Shown one piece after another: positions 9,515-20,522 of a DNA stretch of 64,000 bases. The DNA is from an uncultured Gemmatimonadaceae bacterium (GTDB lineage Bacteria; Gemmatimonadota; Gemmatimonadetes; Gemmatimonadales; Gemmatimonadaceae). Made by a program: the position numbers and the translations under genes. How positions within the stretch are numbered: the stretch's first letter is position 1; each line of letters starts with the position of its first letter. Below the pieces are notes generated by a model that was given only the letters and a program-made list of their open reading frames with translations, did not search any database and was not told the DNA's origin. The DNA lies in the NCBI GenBank assembly GCA_963817955.1, contig CAWFQK010000004.1, positions 416,001-480,000 of the forward strand, in the 5' to 3' direction.

Positions 9515-12007
9515 TTACGCCTGGGGTGCGCTGCTGGTGAGAACCCGGAAGCCCAGATGTTCCCCATCGGGCGCGACATCTACCTCGATCTCCTCGCCCT
9601 TCGAGTACTCGGCCACCAAAATCTTGTCCGACAGCGGATCCTCGATGTACTTCTGGATGGAGCGCTTCAGCGGACGTGCGCCGTACTGCTCGTCATAGCC
9701 GTGCTTGACGAGGAAGTCCGTCGCCGCTGGGGAGAGTGTGAGCGTGAGCTCTTCCTCGGACAACCGCTTCCGTACGTCCTTGAGCAGGATGCTCACGATC
9801 TGCGTGATGTGCTCGCGACTGAGCGGATGGAACACGATCACATCGTCCAAGCGGTTCAGGAACTCGGGGTTGAACACGTTCTTGAGTTCGTCCCGCACCT
9901 TCTCCGCCCGACGCTCCCAGTTCTGCTTTTCGTCGCCGCTCGTGAAGCCGAGCGATTTCGTCTTCGTGAGGTCACGGGCGCCGACGTTCGACGTCATGAT
10001 CACCACGGTGTTCTTGAAGTCGATCACGCGACCGTAGTTGTCGGTCAGGTGACCTTCGTCGAGCACCTGCAGCAGGATGTTGAACACATCCGGGTGCGCT
10101 TTTTCAATTTCATCGAGCAGGATGACGCAGTACGGTTTGCGCCGTACGGCCTTCGTGAGCGTGCCCGAATCCTCGTAGCCCACGTATCCCGGCGGCGCAC
10201 CGATGAGACGCGACACGGAGAACTTCTCCATGTACTCGCTCATATCGACGCGGATGAGCGCCGATTCGTCGGCGAACAGGAACTTCGCCAGCGACCGAGC
10301 CAGCTCCGTCTTGCCCACGCCCGTCGGGCCCGAGAAGACGAACGATCCGATGGGACGCCGCGGATCCTTGAGGCCCGCCCGACTGCGGCGAATGGCCTTG
10401 GAAATCGCGTTGATCGCCTCGTTCTGGCCGATCACCGTCTCATGCAGTTCCTCTTCCATCCGGAGAAGACGAGCCGTCTCGGCTTCCTGCAAGCGCGTCA
10501 CGGGAATGCCCGTCCACCGGCTGACGATGAACGCAATCTCCTCTTCACCAAGCACCGGGCGGTGCGACTGACGCCGCGTCTCCCACTCGGACTGCTTCTG
10601 CTTGATGCTGCCTTGAATCTCGCGCTCCTTGTCACGGAGCGACGCGGCCTTCTCGAAGTTCTGATCGCGAACGGCAGCTTCCTTTTCGCCATTCACTCTC
10701 TCGAGATCGCCCTTGAGCGCGGCGACTTCCGGCGGCGGCGCCTGCGCGGCAAGCCGCGCCCGCGCACCCGCCTCGTCGATCACGTCGATGGCCTTGTCCG
10801 GCAGAAAGCGATCGGTGATGTAACGTTCCGACAGCTTCGATGCCGCAACGAGCGTCGTATCGGGGATCGTCACCTTGTGGTGATCCTCGTATTTCTTACG
10901 CAGCCCCTTCAGGATATCGACCGTTTCGTCCACCGAAGGCGGGTCGACGATCACCGTCTGGAAGCGGCGCTCGAGTGCGCCGTCCTTCTCGATATACTTG
11001 CGATATTCGTTGAGAGTAGACGCACCGACGCATTGCAGCTCGCCACGCGCGAGGGCGGGCTTGAGCATGTTAGAGGCGTCGATGGCGCCTTCGGCGGCAC
11101 CTGCACCCACGAGCGTATGCAGCTCGTCGATGAACAGGATGACTTGTTTGTTTTGGGCGATCTCGTTCATGACCGCCTTGAGGCGCTCCTCGAACTGACC
11201 GCGATACTTGGTGCCGGCAATCACGGCCGCCATGTCGAGCGACAACACACGGTGATCGCGCAACGACTCCGGGCACTCACCGTTGGCGATGAGCTGCGCG
11301 AGTCCTTCCACGATGGCCGTCTTGCCGACGCCCGGCTCGCCGATGAGCACCGGGTTGTTCTTCTTACGGCGCGTCAGCACTTCCATGACCCGCTGGATTT
11401 CTTTCGCCCGACCGATCGTCGGGTCGAGCTGACCTTCGGCGGCGAGCTGCGTGAGATCGCGGCAGAAATGATCGAGCGCCGGCGTTTTGGACTTCTTTTC
11501 ACCCTTGGGCGCAGCCGGCTGCGGCGCAGCGCTGCCGGCGGGCTGAGCACCAGCTTGTGGCGACTCCGTGCCGAGGATGCGCAGGGTCTCGGCGCGGGCG
11601 GCGTCCAAATTGACGCCCGCGTCGGTTAGGACCTGCGCCGCAATCCCCTTTTCTTCACGGAGAAGCCCAAGCAGAAGGTGCTCAGTGCCGACATAACTGT
11701 GGTTCAGCTCGCGCGCTTCGCTCATAGCGAGCTCGAGCACTTTCTTGGCGCGCGACGTGTAGGGTAAGTCGGGACCGGTCGTCTGACCGGCTTTTCCCTT
11801 CTTGACCGTCTCCTCGATTTTTTGCTGGATGTCGTCCAGCTCGACGCTCAGGTTCTGGAGCACCGTCGCTGCGACGCCCTCACCCTCACGAATCAATCCG
11901 AGCAGGATATGCTCGGTCCCCACGTACTCATGGTGGAGACGCGCGGCCTCCTCGCGAGCCATCGCGAGGACTTTCCTCACCCGCTCGGTGAAGTTGTAGC
12001 CGTTCAT
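9515..12007 (-). CDS. clpC: Clp protease ATP-binding subunit ClpC
   Basis: Two Clp-N repeats, GEPGVGKT and GPTGVGKT Walker A motifs, UVR middle domain, SLGF loop. Confidence 0.97.
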   Translation of the reverse strand: MNGYNFTERVRKVLAMAREEAARLHHEYVGTEHILLGLIREGEGVAATVLQNLSVELDDIQQKIEETVKKGKAGQTTGPDLPYTSRAKKVLELAMSEARELNHSYVGTEHLLLGLLREEKGIAAQVLTDAGVNLDAARAETLRILGTESPQAGAQPAGSAAPQPAAPKGEKKSKTPALDHFCRDLTQLAAEGQLDPTIGRAKEIQRVMEVLTRRKKNNPVLIGEPGVGKTAIVEGLAQLIANGECPESLRDHRVLSLDMAAVIAGTKYRGQFEERLKAVMNEIAQNKQVILFIDELHTLVGAGAAEGAIDASNMLKPALARGELQCVGASTLNEYRKYIEKDGALERRFQTVIVDPPSVDETVDILKGLRKKYEDHHKVTIPDTTLVAASKLSERYITDRFLPDKAIDVIDEAGARARLAAQAPPPEVAALKGDLERVNGEKEAAVRDQNFEKAASLRDKEREIQGSIKQKQSEWETRRQSHRPVLGEEEIAFIVSRWTGIPVTRLQEAETARLLRMEEELHETVIGQNEAINAISKAIRRSRAGLKDPRRPIGSFVFSGPTGVGKTELARSLAKFLFADESALIRVDMSEYMEKFSVSRLIGAPPGYVGYEDSGTLTKAVRRKPYCVILLDEIEKAHPDVFNILLQVLDEGHLTDNYGRVIDFKNTVVIMTSNVGARDLTKTKSLGFTSGDEKQNWERRAEKVRDELKNVFNPEFLNRLDDVIVFHPLSREHITQIVSILLKDVRKRLSEEELTLTLSPAATDFLVKHGYDEQYGARPLKRSIQKYIEDPLSDKILVAEYSKGEEIEVDVAPDGEHLGFRVLTSSAPQA

Positions 12008-12040
12008 GGTTCCCTCACAACATCCGGGTGATCGAGGCGT

Positions 12041-13126
12041 TCAACCGACCGAGCCCGCTTCCTGTTCCAGCGCTTTACGCACATACTGTGCGCGCGCCAG
12101 GTTGGTTTCACTTTCCGTCAACGCACGGCCCGCTGAATGGGCCAGATGTGCGGCTTGCGAAAAGATCAGGAGCTTGTTGAGCGTGTATACACTGAGCGCG
12201 GTCATCAGTTTCAACCCTACAGCCAGCCGAACGCCGCTCAGGTAGTTCATCGCCTCGTCGAACGTGAGGCTGCGAGCGTAGCGAAGCGTGCCGTATGCGC
12301 GCCAAAGCTTGTCCTCGATAATATAGCCCGCGTCGCGAAGGAGCACGCGACGTGCCTCTGCTTCTCGCTCGACGACGTGACCGACAACGCGTAACAATTG
12401 ATCGATTAACTCTTCTTCCGAGCGGCCGAGTGTGGTCTGGTTGGAAATCTGAAAGAAGTTTCCCACTACTTCGCTCCCCTCACCATATAAGCCTCGGTAG
12501 GTGAGTCCCATTTGTTGAAGGCTCGCGAGCACCTTCGCGATCTCCTTCGTCAGCACGAGCCCGGGGAGATGAATCAGCACCGATGCGCGCATGCCCGTGC
12601 CGACGTTGGTCGGACAGGCGGTCAGAAAGCCGAACTCGCTGTGATACGAATACGGAACACGTGCACCAAGGTCCCGGTCCAGTTTGTCGATGGCCGTGAA
12701 CGCCTCCTGCAGGGCGAACCCGGAACGGAGCACTTGCAGCCGCAGATGATCCTCTTCGTTCACCATGAGGCCGAGCCCGTCAGCGAGAAAGACGGCTGCG
12801 CCGCTGCGCACGGGGTGCTGCGCATCGAGGCCCGCGAGTTCCTTGCTCACCAGATGGCGCTCATGTAGCAGCGCGCGCGACGTTGGCGGCAGTTCGTCTA
12901 GCCGATAGAGCACCGCCTCGTGCAGGCTCGGAATCGTCGCCACGGCTTCGCGCACCTGCGACAGCACGCGAAGCCGCTCGCCGTCGCGCGCACGACCAGT
13001 AAACGCGTAGCCGTCAACATTCCGCGCGAACCGGATCCGCGTGGACAACACGATGTCCGAATGGGCGCCAGACGCATCGAGCCAACCCACACCGCCGTCG
13101 GGCAGTAACGAGAGATCGACCGTCAT
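12041..13126 (-). CDS. mcsB: Protein arginine kinase
   Basis: STRIRFARN, NEEDHLR, ACPTNVGTG, RGLYGEG, QISNQTTLG. Confidence 0.95.
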   Translation of the reverse strand: MTVDLSLLPDGGVGWLDASGAHSDIVLSTRIRFARNVDGYAFTGRARDGERLRVLSQVREAVATIPSLHEAVLYRLDELPPTSRALLHERHLVSKELAGLDAQHPVRSGAAVFLADGLGLMVNEEDHLRLQVLRSGFALQEAFTAIDKLDRDLGARVPYSYHSEFGFLTACPTNVGTGMRASVLIHLPGLVLTKEIAKVLASLQQMGLTYRGLYGEGSEVVGNFFQISNQTTLGRSEEELIDQLLRVVGHVVEREAEARRVLLRDAGYIIEDKLWRAYGTLRYARSLTFDEAMNYLSGVRLAVGLKLMTALSVYTLNKLLIFSQAAHLAHSAGRALTESETNLARAQYVRKALEQEAGSVG

Positions 13127-13608
13127 TCCATCACTCGAATGCGATCGCGCAGGTCGGCCGCCAGCTCGAACTGCTCGCTCTCGATCGCGCGCCGCAGCCG
13201 CTCCTTGAGCTCGCCAAGTACTGCGGTGTGCTCCAGCGTCTCGGACATTGGCGGATGGTAGGATCGGCCGATGTGCCTGCTATTGCCGTGCACGCGGCGC
13301 AACAGCTCGCGAATACCAGCCTCGAAGTTCGTGTAGCAGCGCGCACAGCCCCAGCGGCCCGTGGCGCGAAAATCCGACATGGTCGAGTTGCAGAAGGTGC
13401 AGCGCACGCCCTCGGCACTCGGCGTCGCTGCCTGCTGATGCACGGCCTGCAGGAATTCGCCGAGCGGATGCTTCGGCGTCGCGACCGTGGTCTCCACGCC
13501 GCGCTCCGCCGCGCACTTCTCGCAGAGATGCAGCTGGTGCACGGCGTTGTTCTCGATCGTCGTGAGATGCACGACGGCGTCGCGCTCCTTACAGCTATCG
13601 CACAACAT
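13123..13608 (-). CDS. mcsA: McsA activator (4 CxxC + UVR domain)
   Basis: CDSC, CEKC, CTFC, GCARCY; C-terminal AIESEQFELAADLRDRIR. Confidence 0.93.
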   Translation of the reverse strand: MLCDSCKERDAVVHLTTIENNAVHQLHLCEKCAAERGVETTVATPKHPLGEFLQAVHQQAATPSAEGVRCTFCNSTMSDFRATGRWGCARCYTNFEAGIRELLRRVHGNSRHIGRSYHPPMSETLEHTAVLGELKERLRRAIESEQFELAADLRDRIRVME

Positions 13609-14306
13609 CAGGGCACCACCTCGCGGACGTCGGTATCCATCAGACGTCCGTCCTCCAGCAACAAGGTTCGATCCGCCCGCGCGGCCAGTGAGCGGTTGTG
13701 CGTCGCGATCACCATCGCGATCTCGAGATCGCGAGACAGTTCCGCGAACAGATCGTGCAAGCGATCGCTGTTCACGTGGTCCAGATTGCCCGACGGTTCA
13801 TCCGCCAGTAACACCGCCGGGTCGATTGCCAGCGCGCGTGCCACCGCCGTGCGCTGCTGCTCGCCGCCCGACAGCGCGGATGGCTTGTGGTGCATGCGCC
13901 CGGCGAGCCCCACGCGCGCGAGCAGGTCTTCGGCGCGCCGCCGAGTCCGCTGGTCATCCCACCCGGCGATGCGCAACGGCATCATCACGTTCTCGAGTGC
14001 CGTGAATTCGCGCAACAGATGATGGAATTGAAACACGAATCCCACTGACCGGTTCCGCAGCGCCGACAAATCGTCGTCGCTTCGGTTGTGCAGCGACTCC
14101 CCGTTGATCTGCACGGAGCCGCGCGTCGGCTTGTCGAGGGCACCGAGCAGGTGTAGCAGCGTGCTCTTGCCGGCGCCACTCGCACCAACCACCGCCACCA
14201 TCTCGCCGCGCGGCACTTGAATCGTGATCCCGTCGAGCACGGTGATCTCGCCGCCATCTCCGCCGCGATACACCTTGGCCAGGTCAACCGCCTCCAGCAC
14301 GATCAT
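13608..14306 (-). CDS. lolD: Lipoprotein-releasing ABC ATPase
   Basis: GASGAGKST, GFVFQFHHLL, LSGGEQQR, LADEPSGNLD; ATG 14306. Confidence 0.92.
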   Translation of the reverse strand: MIVLEAVDLAKVYRGGDGGEITVLDGITIQVPRGEMVAVVGASGAGKSTLLHLLGALDKPTRGSVQINGESLHNRSDDDLSALRNRSVGFVFQFHHLLREFTALENVMMPLRIAGWDDQRTRRRAEDLLARVGLAGRMHHKPSALSGGEQQRTAVARALAIDPAVLLADEPSGNLDHVNSDRLHDLFAELSRDLEIAMVIATHNRSLAARADRTLLLEDGRLMDTDVREVVP

Positions 14307-15559
14307 TCGTGACGAATCGCCTCCACGGGGTAAAGCTTTGCCGCCTGCCGCGCCGGATAAATCGTTGCCACCGCGGCCACCACCAGACTCGCCACGACAA
14401 TGAACGTCACGTCCCTCGGCTGCGTCGAAACCGGTAGGTGATCGATGAAATATACGGCCGGGTCGAGTGGGATGAGTTTCTTCTTCCCGATCAACTCCGA
14501 TGCCGCGAGGCCGACGACGAGCCCGGACAACGTGCCGACGATGCCAATCACCAGCCCCTGCGCAAAGAACACACGACGGATGGACTTGGCGGGCATGCCC
14601 ATGGCCCGCAGAATGCCGATCTCGCGTGTCTTGTCCGTCACGACCATGATCAGCGTGCTGATGATGTTGAACGCGGCCACGAGCACGATCAGCAACAGAA
14701 TCACCGTCATACCGAGCTTCTCGAGCTGGAGCGCGTTGAATAGCGAGTTGTTCTGCTGATGCCAATCTTCGACACGGAACGGCATGCCGAGACTGTCCGA
14801 CAGATGTCCGGCGATCTCTGGCGCATCCCAACGCGACGGCGTCTTGACCTCGAGGCCGGTCACCGCGCTGCCGAGTTGCGCGAGGTTCTGCGCGGCATCG
14901 AGCGAGATGATCACGTACGAGTTGTCATACTCGTACATGCCCGTGTCGAAAATGCCGGTGACCTCGAACTGATCGATCTTCGGCTGCGGCGCCCCGGTGA
15001 CCGGATTGATCCGGCTCGGATCGAACGTCATCAACGTGATGGTATCAATGCCGGGCGTTGCGTTCAGGCGGGCGGCGAGTTTTGCGCCGAGCACGGCACC
15101 GTGCCGCGTGCCGTCCAGCGTCGAGAAGGAGAAGTCGCCCGCAGTAGCCACCTTTCGGATAGACGTCACCTGTGGCACGCCAGGCCCGTCCGGCGGTAGC
15201 CCTTCGACGATGACGCCTTCCATGTACTTGTGACGTGCCGATTCGATGAGCGCTTGCGTGTGCACGAACGGACCGACGGCAACGACGCCCGGCTGCCGCT
15301 GAACCTTCTTCAGCGTAGCCGGCCAGTCCTTCATCACCATTTCTTCGCCGTACGTGAGCACACGAATATCGGGACTGCCGATGAGGATCTTCTCACGGAG
15401 ATCGTTCTGCAGTCCGTTCATCACGCCAATGATGACGATGAGCGCGCTGACCGCCACCGCCACCCCGCCGATCGCGATCAGACTGATCAACGACAGCAGC
15501 CGGGATCCGCGGCGGCTATGCAGATACCGCCAGGCGATGGACAGCTCGAGACGGCTCAT
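14303..15559 (-). CDS. lolC: Lipoprotein-releasing ABC permease LolC/E
   Basis: [39 protein letters not shown]. Confidence 0.9.
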   Translation of the reverse strand: MSRLELSIAWRYLHSRRGSRLLSLISLIAIGGVAVAVSALIVIIGVMNGLQNDLREKILIGSPDIRVLTYGEEMVMKDWPATLKKVQRQPGVVAVGPFVHTQALIESARHKYMEGVIVEGLPPDGPGVPQVTSIRKVATAGDFSFSTLDGTRHGAVLGAKLAARLNATPGIDTITLMTFDPSRINPVTGAPQPKIDQFEVTGIFDTGMYEYDNSYVIISLDAAQNLAQLGSAVTGLEVKTPSRWDAPEIAGHLSDSLGMPFRVEDWHQQNNSLFNALQLEKLGMTVILLLIVLVAAFNIISTLIMVVTDKTREIGILRAMGMPAKSIRRVFFAQGLVIGIVGTLSGLVVGLAASELIGKKKLIPLDPAVYFIDHLPVSTQPRDVTFIVVASLVVAAVATIYPARQAAKLYPVEAIRHE

Positions 15560-17076
15560 TCAGGACGCAGCGTCGGAAAGAAAATCACATCGCGAATGTT
15601 CGGCGTGTTCGTGAGATACATGAACAGTCGGTCCATGCCGATGCCCACGCCGCCAGCCGGCGGCATCCCATATTCCATGGCGCGCAAGTAATCCTCATCT
15701 ACCCCTGCGGCTTCCTCGTCGCCCGCCGCGCGGAGGCGCGCCTGGGCCTCGAAACGACGGCGCTGATCGATCGGATCGTTCAACTCGCTGAATGCATTTG
15801 CCAGTTCGCGTCCGCGCGCAAACAACTCGAACCGCTCGGTAAGCTGTGGATTGCCACGCTTCGGCTTGGCGAGCGGCGACAGCTCCACAGGATAGTCGAT
15901 CACGAATGTCGGCTCATCGAGCTTCGACTCGACGAGTGCCTGGAAGATCTCGTCGAGCACTTTCGGCCGGCTCAACGTGTCCACCTTTTGCACCCCGAGG
16001 CGCTGGGCCGCGTTCCGCAGAGCCTCGTCGTCCATCGTCATCGCGTCGACGCCGAGTGCCACATTGAGCGACGGCATCCACTCGATGCGCCGGAACGGCG
16101 GTGCGAGCATCGGGACGCCGTCCGAGCCGTGCTCGACCGCGCCCTCCACAGACGGCGGCGTCCAGACCGACCGCACCGCGTCGGCCGCACGCACGACGAG
16201 CGCTTCGACGCGCGCCATCATCACCGTGTAGTCGGCGTACGCTTCGTAGAACTCCAGCATCGTAAACTCCGGATTGTGCGTCCGGTCGATGCCCTCATTG
16301 CGAAAGTCGTGGCCGATCTCGTACACGCGATCGAGGCCGCCGACGATCAGGCGCTTGAGGTACAGCTCGTCCGCGATGCGCAGGAAGAGCGGCATGTCGA
16401 GCGCGTTGTGGTGCGTGGTAAACGGTCGTGCGGCAGCTCCCCCGTACAGCGGCTGCAGCACAGGCGTCTCCACTTCGAGATATCCAAGCTCGTCGAGGGC
16501 CTGCCGAATCTCCGTTGTCATGCGCGAACGCGCCCGGAAGAGCGCGCGCACCTCGGGATGCACGGCGAGATCGGCGTAGCGTTGCCGATACCGCTGCTCC
16601 GGATCGGAGAACCCCGAATGCCGAACGGTTACGCCCTCTACGACTTCTTCCTTCCCAAACGGGAGCGGACTGAGCGACTTGGCGAGCAGCTCCACCTGCT
16701 CCACACGCACGGTTACTTCGCCGGTACGGGTACGAAAGAGTGGACCAGACGCGCCGATCACGTCACCAATATCAAACAGATCGAGCGTGGCGTACGCGTC
16801 GCCGAGTTGATCTTTCTTGAAGTACAGTTGAATCCGCCCGCTGTCGTCGGCGATGTGCGCGAACGTCGTCTTGCCGTGCGCGCGCCATGCCACGATTCGC
16901 CCAGCCACTCGGACCTGCGCGCCTTCGGCGTGGTCCCCCTCCGGGTGCAATGCCGCGGCGTCCGCGGTGCGATGCGACCGGTCGTAGGCGTAGGCGAATG
17001 GCGCGATACCGCGCTCGACGAGTGCGTCGAGTTTCTCGCGTCTGGCGCGCTGAACGAAGTTGAGTTCGTCGGTCAT
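15556..17076 (-). CDS. lysS: Lysine--tRNA ligase (class II)
   Basis: [48 protein letters not shown] 17076. Confidence 0.97.
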   Translation of the reverse strand: MTDELNFVQRARREKLDALVERGIAPFAYAYDRSHRTADAAALHPEGDHAEGAQVRVAGRIVAWRAHGKTTFAHIADDSGRIQLYFKKDQLGDAYATLDLFDIGDVIGASGPLFRTRTGEVTVRVEQVELLAKSLSPLPFGKEEVVEGVTVRHSGFSDPEQRYRQRYADLAVHPEVRALFRARSRMTTEIRQALDELGYLEVETPVLQPLYGGAAARPFTTHHNALDMPLFLRIADELYLKRLIVGGLDRVYEIGHDFRNEGIDRTHNPEFTMLEFYEAYADYTVMMARVEALVVRAADAVRSVWTPPSVEGAVEHGSDGVPMLAPPFRRIEWMPSLNVALGVDAMTMDDEALRNAAQRLGVQKVDTLSRPKVLDEIFQALVESKLDEPTFVIDYPVELSPLAKPKRGNPQLTERFELFARGRELANAFSELNDPIDQRRRFEAQARLRAAGDEEAAGVDEDYLRAMEYGMPPAGGVGIGMDRLFMYLTNTPNIRDVIFFPTLRPE

Positions 17077-18195
17077 GCAGCGTCTTTTCCGTTGTTGCTG
17101 CCGAGCTGCGACAGGTACGCTTCGATGAACGGGTCGATGTCGCCGTCCATTACGCGCTGCACGTCTGGGATCTTGAGCTCCGTGCGGTGATCGTTGACCA
17201 TGGTATACGGTTGGAAGACGTAACTGCGAATCTGGCTGCCGAAGCTCACGTCCGACTTGGTCGCGTCGAGTGCCGCTTTCTTTTTTGCCAGCTTGTCCGC
17301 CTCGAGTTGGTAGAGACGGTTCTTGAGCTGTTTCATTGCGGTCGCCTTGTTCTTGTGCTGCGACCGCTCGGCCTGCGACGACGTGACAATCCCGCTGGGA
17401 ATGTGCGTGAGGCGTACCGCGGAGCTGGTCTTGTTCACGTGCTGACCGCCCGCGCCCGACGCCCGGAACACATCCATCCTGATGTCCTCGTCGCGGATCT
17501 CGATGTTGATCTCTTCGTCGACGACTGGATAGACGAACGCCGAGGCGAAGCTCGTGTGCCGTCGCGCCTGCGCGTCGAACGGCGAGATGCGCACGAGACG
17601 GTGCACGCCGGCTTCCGCCTTCAGAAACCCAAAGGCGTACAGCCCCTTGATCTCGAGCACCGCGCCCTTGATTCCCGCCTCTTCGCCTTCGCTCAAGTCG
17701 AGAATGTCGACTACATAGCCCTTTCGCTCGGCCCACCGCATATACATGCGCATGAGCATCTGCGCCCAGTCCTGCGCCTCGGTGCCGCCAGCGCCGGCAC
17801 TAATCTCGAGCTGTGCATCGCGGAAATCATCGGGGCCGGACAGCACCGACCGCAGGCGAAACGCTTCGAGCTCGTGGCCAAGGGTCACAATCTCACGATC
17901 GATCTCCGCCGACAGATCGTCGTCGGGTTCGACGGCGAGCATCTCCTCGAGTTCCGATGCGCTCTGCACGCGCCCGCTGATCGTCTCGAAAGGGTCGACC
18001 CAGCCCTTCACCGCCTTGACCTGCTGCACCACCGCCTGCGCGGCCTGCTGGTCGTGCCAGAAGCCCGGGGCGGACATGCGCTCTTCTAGCTGCCTCAGCG
18101 TATCGCGCTTGGCATCCAGGTCAAAGATACCTCCTCAGCTCAGCGAGACGCTCGGCGTACTGCCTGAGCTGTTTCGCGCGCTCGCTTTCAGCCAT
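17073..18195 (-). CDS. prfB: Peptide chain release factor 2 (programmed +1 frameshift)
   Basis: MAESERAKQ...LRRYL then AGGAGG-TAT-CTT-TGA-C at 18135-18120; SPF and GGQ motifs in the second frame. Confidence 0.97.
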
Positions 18196-18211
18196 TTCCC
18201 TCTCCGGTAAG

Positions 18212-18250
18212 ACACGAGCCGTCCTGCGCTCACTGGCGGACGGCTCGTGT
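18212..18250. terminator. 13-bp-stem hairpin between zinc-ribbon gene and prfB
   Basis: ACACGAGCCGTCC ... GGACGGCTCGTGT. Confidence 0.5.
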
Positions 18251-18349
18251 GCGATGTGGTTACGTGGAACATAACGAACGCTATACGGGATCGGCGATAC
18301 GCGATGGGAAATCTGCGCGTACCACCGCTTTCGGCCCGATCTCCTGCCG

Positions 18350-19216
18350 CTAGAACATCCGCTGGCCGCCGGCGAGGATCTCGTTGAGCGCCTCCTGGAA
18401 GTGCGTCGTCGAATCGGCGAACTCTTTCCCGACCTGATCGATGTACTCCTCGTAGCTCTTCTTGATCTCTTCGCGGAACAGCTCCTTCAGCGTGCCTTCG
18501 CGGAGTCCTTCTTCACGCCGCTGGGGGAAGTACGTCACGAGGTCTGAGATCAGGGCGCGCGACAAACGGCGCGCCTTGGCGTTGGGATCGTTCGCCAGGA
18601 ATGGATTGATGGGGGCACGCGTCGGCGTACCCATCGCGGGCCGCGGCGGCACCGGACGCGGCACGCTGGCCGCCGGCGTCACCGCCGATGCCATCGCCTG
18701 GATCCCAGTAGAGCGCACCGGCGGCGATGGACGAGCCGTCATACCTGCTGGGCCCACCGGTGGCATCGTCGGCATGCCCTGGGTGCTGGACGAGGCGCTC
18801 CGCACCGGCGGCACCGCAGGCCGAGTGATCGTTGGCGATGGACGCGCCGGCGCCGATGCAGCAGCGGTCGTCGGAGTTTGGATGGAAGGTGCTCGCGACG
18901 TCCTCTCGGGAGGCACCACCGTCGCCACAGGCGTAACGAACGCCGGTGTTTGGGCAGGGAACGGCGGCGGTATCGGTGCGGCTGGTGGCGGAGCGGTGGG
19001 GCGCGGCGGCGGTTGCGGCCGAGGCGCTGCCTGCACCGCCTGTGTCGACTTCGAGCCGTGCACCGTGGAAGGCGCGAACTCTTCGTCGATCGAGCTGCCG
19101 GCCCCCACGGTAATCACTCCGCCACAAACGGAGCAGCGCGCCCGCACCCCGGCCGAGGGCACCTTTGCCGGATCGACGCGGAAGACCGAACGGCACTCCG
19201 GACAGGAAACGTTCAA
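18350..19216 (-). CDS. MJ0042-type zinc-ribbon protein with Pro-rich linker and helical C-terminal domain
   Basis: CPEC...RARCSVC N-terminus, long P/A/T linker, ARRLSRALISDLVTY...EEIKKSYEEY. Confidence 0.85.
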   Translation of the reverse strand: MNVSCPECRSVFRVDPAKVPSAGVRARCSVCGGVITVGAGSSIDEEFAPSTVHGSKSTQAVQAAPRPQPPPRPTAPPPAAPIPPPFPAQTPAFVTPVATVVPPERTSRAPSIQTPTTAAASAPARPSPTITRPAVPPVRSASSSTQGMPTMPPVGPAGMTARPSPPVRSTGIQAMASAVTPAASVPRPVPPRPAMGTPTRAPINPFLANDPNAKARRLSRALISDLVTYFPQRREEGLREGTLKELFREEIKKSYEEYIDQVGKEFADSTTHFQEALNEILAGGQRMF

Positions 19217-20208
19217 TTTTCCTCCCTCAGGCTGACAGATGCGTGCGTCACCGTCGTGACGGAATCGTCGAATGGCACATCCGTACGGCGATCGATCGAG
19301 AAAACGGATCCGGGCAGCGTTTTGGCGTAACTCTTCATTTCCGTAGCCAATGCGCTCACCTGCGCAGCGTGTGTAAAGTGGCGCCGCTCGTTGGTGACAA
19401 CGCCAATCGACACTGTCATCAATGGTACACGGTGAAGTTGTCCCCGGCGATCCTTGCCGAAAAAGTAGCCGGCCCGCTGGTCCTGCTCCGAGTATTGAAA
19501 TGGGATCAGTGTGTCGAATATCGACACGATCTCGCCGCAGACGTCGGCAATATCCGGGACCGGAATGATGAAAATGAAGTCATCGCCGCCGATGTGCCCC
19601 ACAAATCCACTGGCCTGAGAGATTCCCTTCACGACATCGTGGAGAATCTGCGCCAGAATGCGGATGACACGATCGCCTTCGTAATACGAATAGCGGTCGT
19701 TGAATTCCTTGAAATGATCCAAATCGGCGTAGCAGGTCGCGAACTGGACGTCCGCTGTCAGTCGCCGCGCGATCTCCGCTTCGATCTCGATCGCACCGGG
19801 CAAACGAGTGGACGGATGGACGTACAGGTTGCGATCGGACCGGCGTAACAGCGCGTCGAGGCGGATCGCGGCCTCCTCGACGTTCAGGTGCTCGCGGATC
19901 ACCTCGTCACCACCGGCACGGAATCCGTCATCGAAGGCCGTCGCGTCATCGTGCGACACGACTACGGCAGGCACGACGCCCGTGTATGAGTCACTCTTCA
20001 GTCGCGTGAGAGCGCCAAGCACCGCTTCGGAGTTCGCACGTGCATCGAATACTACGACGCGCGGTCGGCCCCGCAGCGCAACACTCATGAGGGCTTCGTC
20101 GTCGCGCACCCGCAGGAGTGGAATGCCCAAATCGCCAAGCCATCGCTGCACCACATCGGGCGTAGCGAGGTCGTGGGGCGAAAAGAGAATCGCGCTAGTG
20201 GTAGCCAC
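19213..20208 (-). CDS. Degenerate receiver + GGDEF diguanylate cyclase
   Basis: DLDHFKEFNDRY, GHIGGDDF, SIGV; REC-like N-terminus. Confidence 0.88.
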   Translation of the reverse strand: MATTSAILFSPHDLATPDVVQRWLGDLGIPLLRVRDDEALMSVALRGRPRVVVFDARANSEAVLGALTRLKSDSYTGVVPAVVVSHDDATAFDDGFRAGGDEVIREHLNVEEAAIRLDALLRRSDRNLYVHPSTRLPGAIEIEAEIARRLTADVQFATCYADLDHFKEFNDRYSYYEGDRVIRILAQILHDVVKGISQASGFVGHIGGDDFIFIIPVPDIADVCGEIVSIFDTLIPFQYSEQDQRAGYFFGKDRRGQLHRVPLMTVSIGVVTNERRHFTHAAQVSALATEMKSYAKTLPGSVFSIDRRTDVPFDDSVTTVTHASVSLREEN

Positions 20209-20236
20209 TATCTTCGGGGCTCAGCTGTAAGGCGCC

Positions 20237-20265
20237 AAAATACGTCTGCCGGAAATTCAAGTCAA
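20237..20265 (-). promoter_or_regulatory. Putative sigma70 promoter for the GGDEF/zinc-ribbon genes
   Basis: TTGACT-17 nt-TATTTT. Confidence 0.5.
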
Positions 20266-20354
20266 ATTACAGCAGCTACACGACTTGCGCGGTCCGCCGC
20301 ATGGTGATTTCGGCGGGCAGCACCAGAGCAACCAGGACCATCGCGCGCGCCGCG

Positions 20355-20522
20355 TTAGAGCGGAGTGGCCTCATCGATGAGCATGATGGGGATCCCGTCA
20401 CGAATCGCGTATCGTAACCGGCAGGCGTTGCAGACGAGCGCCGATTCGGTTTCACGATATTCGAGCTCGCCTTTGCATTTCGGGCAGACGAGAATGGCAA
20501 GTAGTTGTGGAGATACACTCAT
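20355..20522 (-). CDS. Trm112-family protein (55 aa)
   Basis: Manual translation MSVSPQLLAILVCPKCKGELEY...CNACRLRYAIRDGIPIMLIDEATPL; below the ORF-track cutoff. Confidence 0.92.
   Translation of the reverse strand: MSVSPQLLAILVCPKCKGELEYRETESALVCNACRLRYAIRDGIPIMLIDEATPL

Noticed and set aside
9557..11629. Long antisense ORFs (690 aa opposite clpC; likewise opposite lysS, lpxC, pcrA)
   Set aside because: In-register shadows of GC-rich codon usage with no recognisable motifs
19213..20208. Hypr-GGDEF (3',3'-cGAMP synthase)
   Set aside because: The guanine-specifying Asp is retained (YEGDRVI) rather than replaced by Ser/Thr
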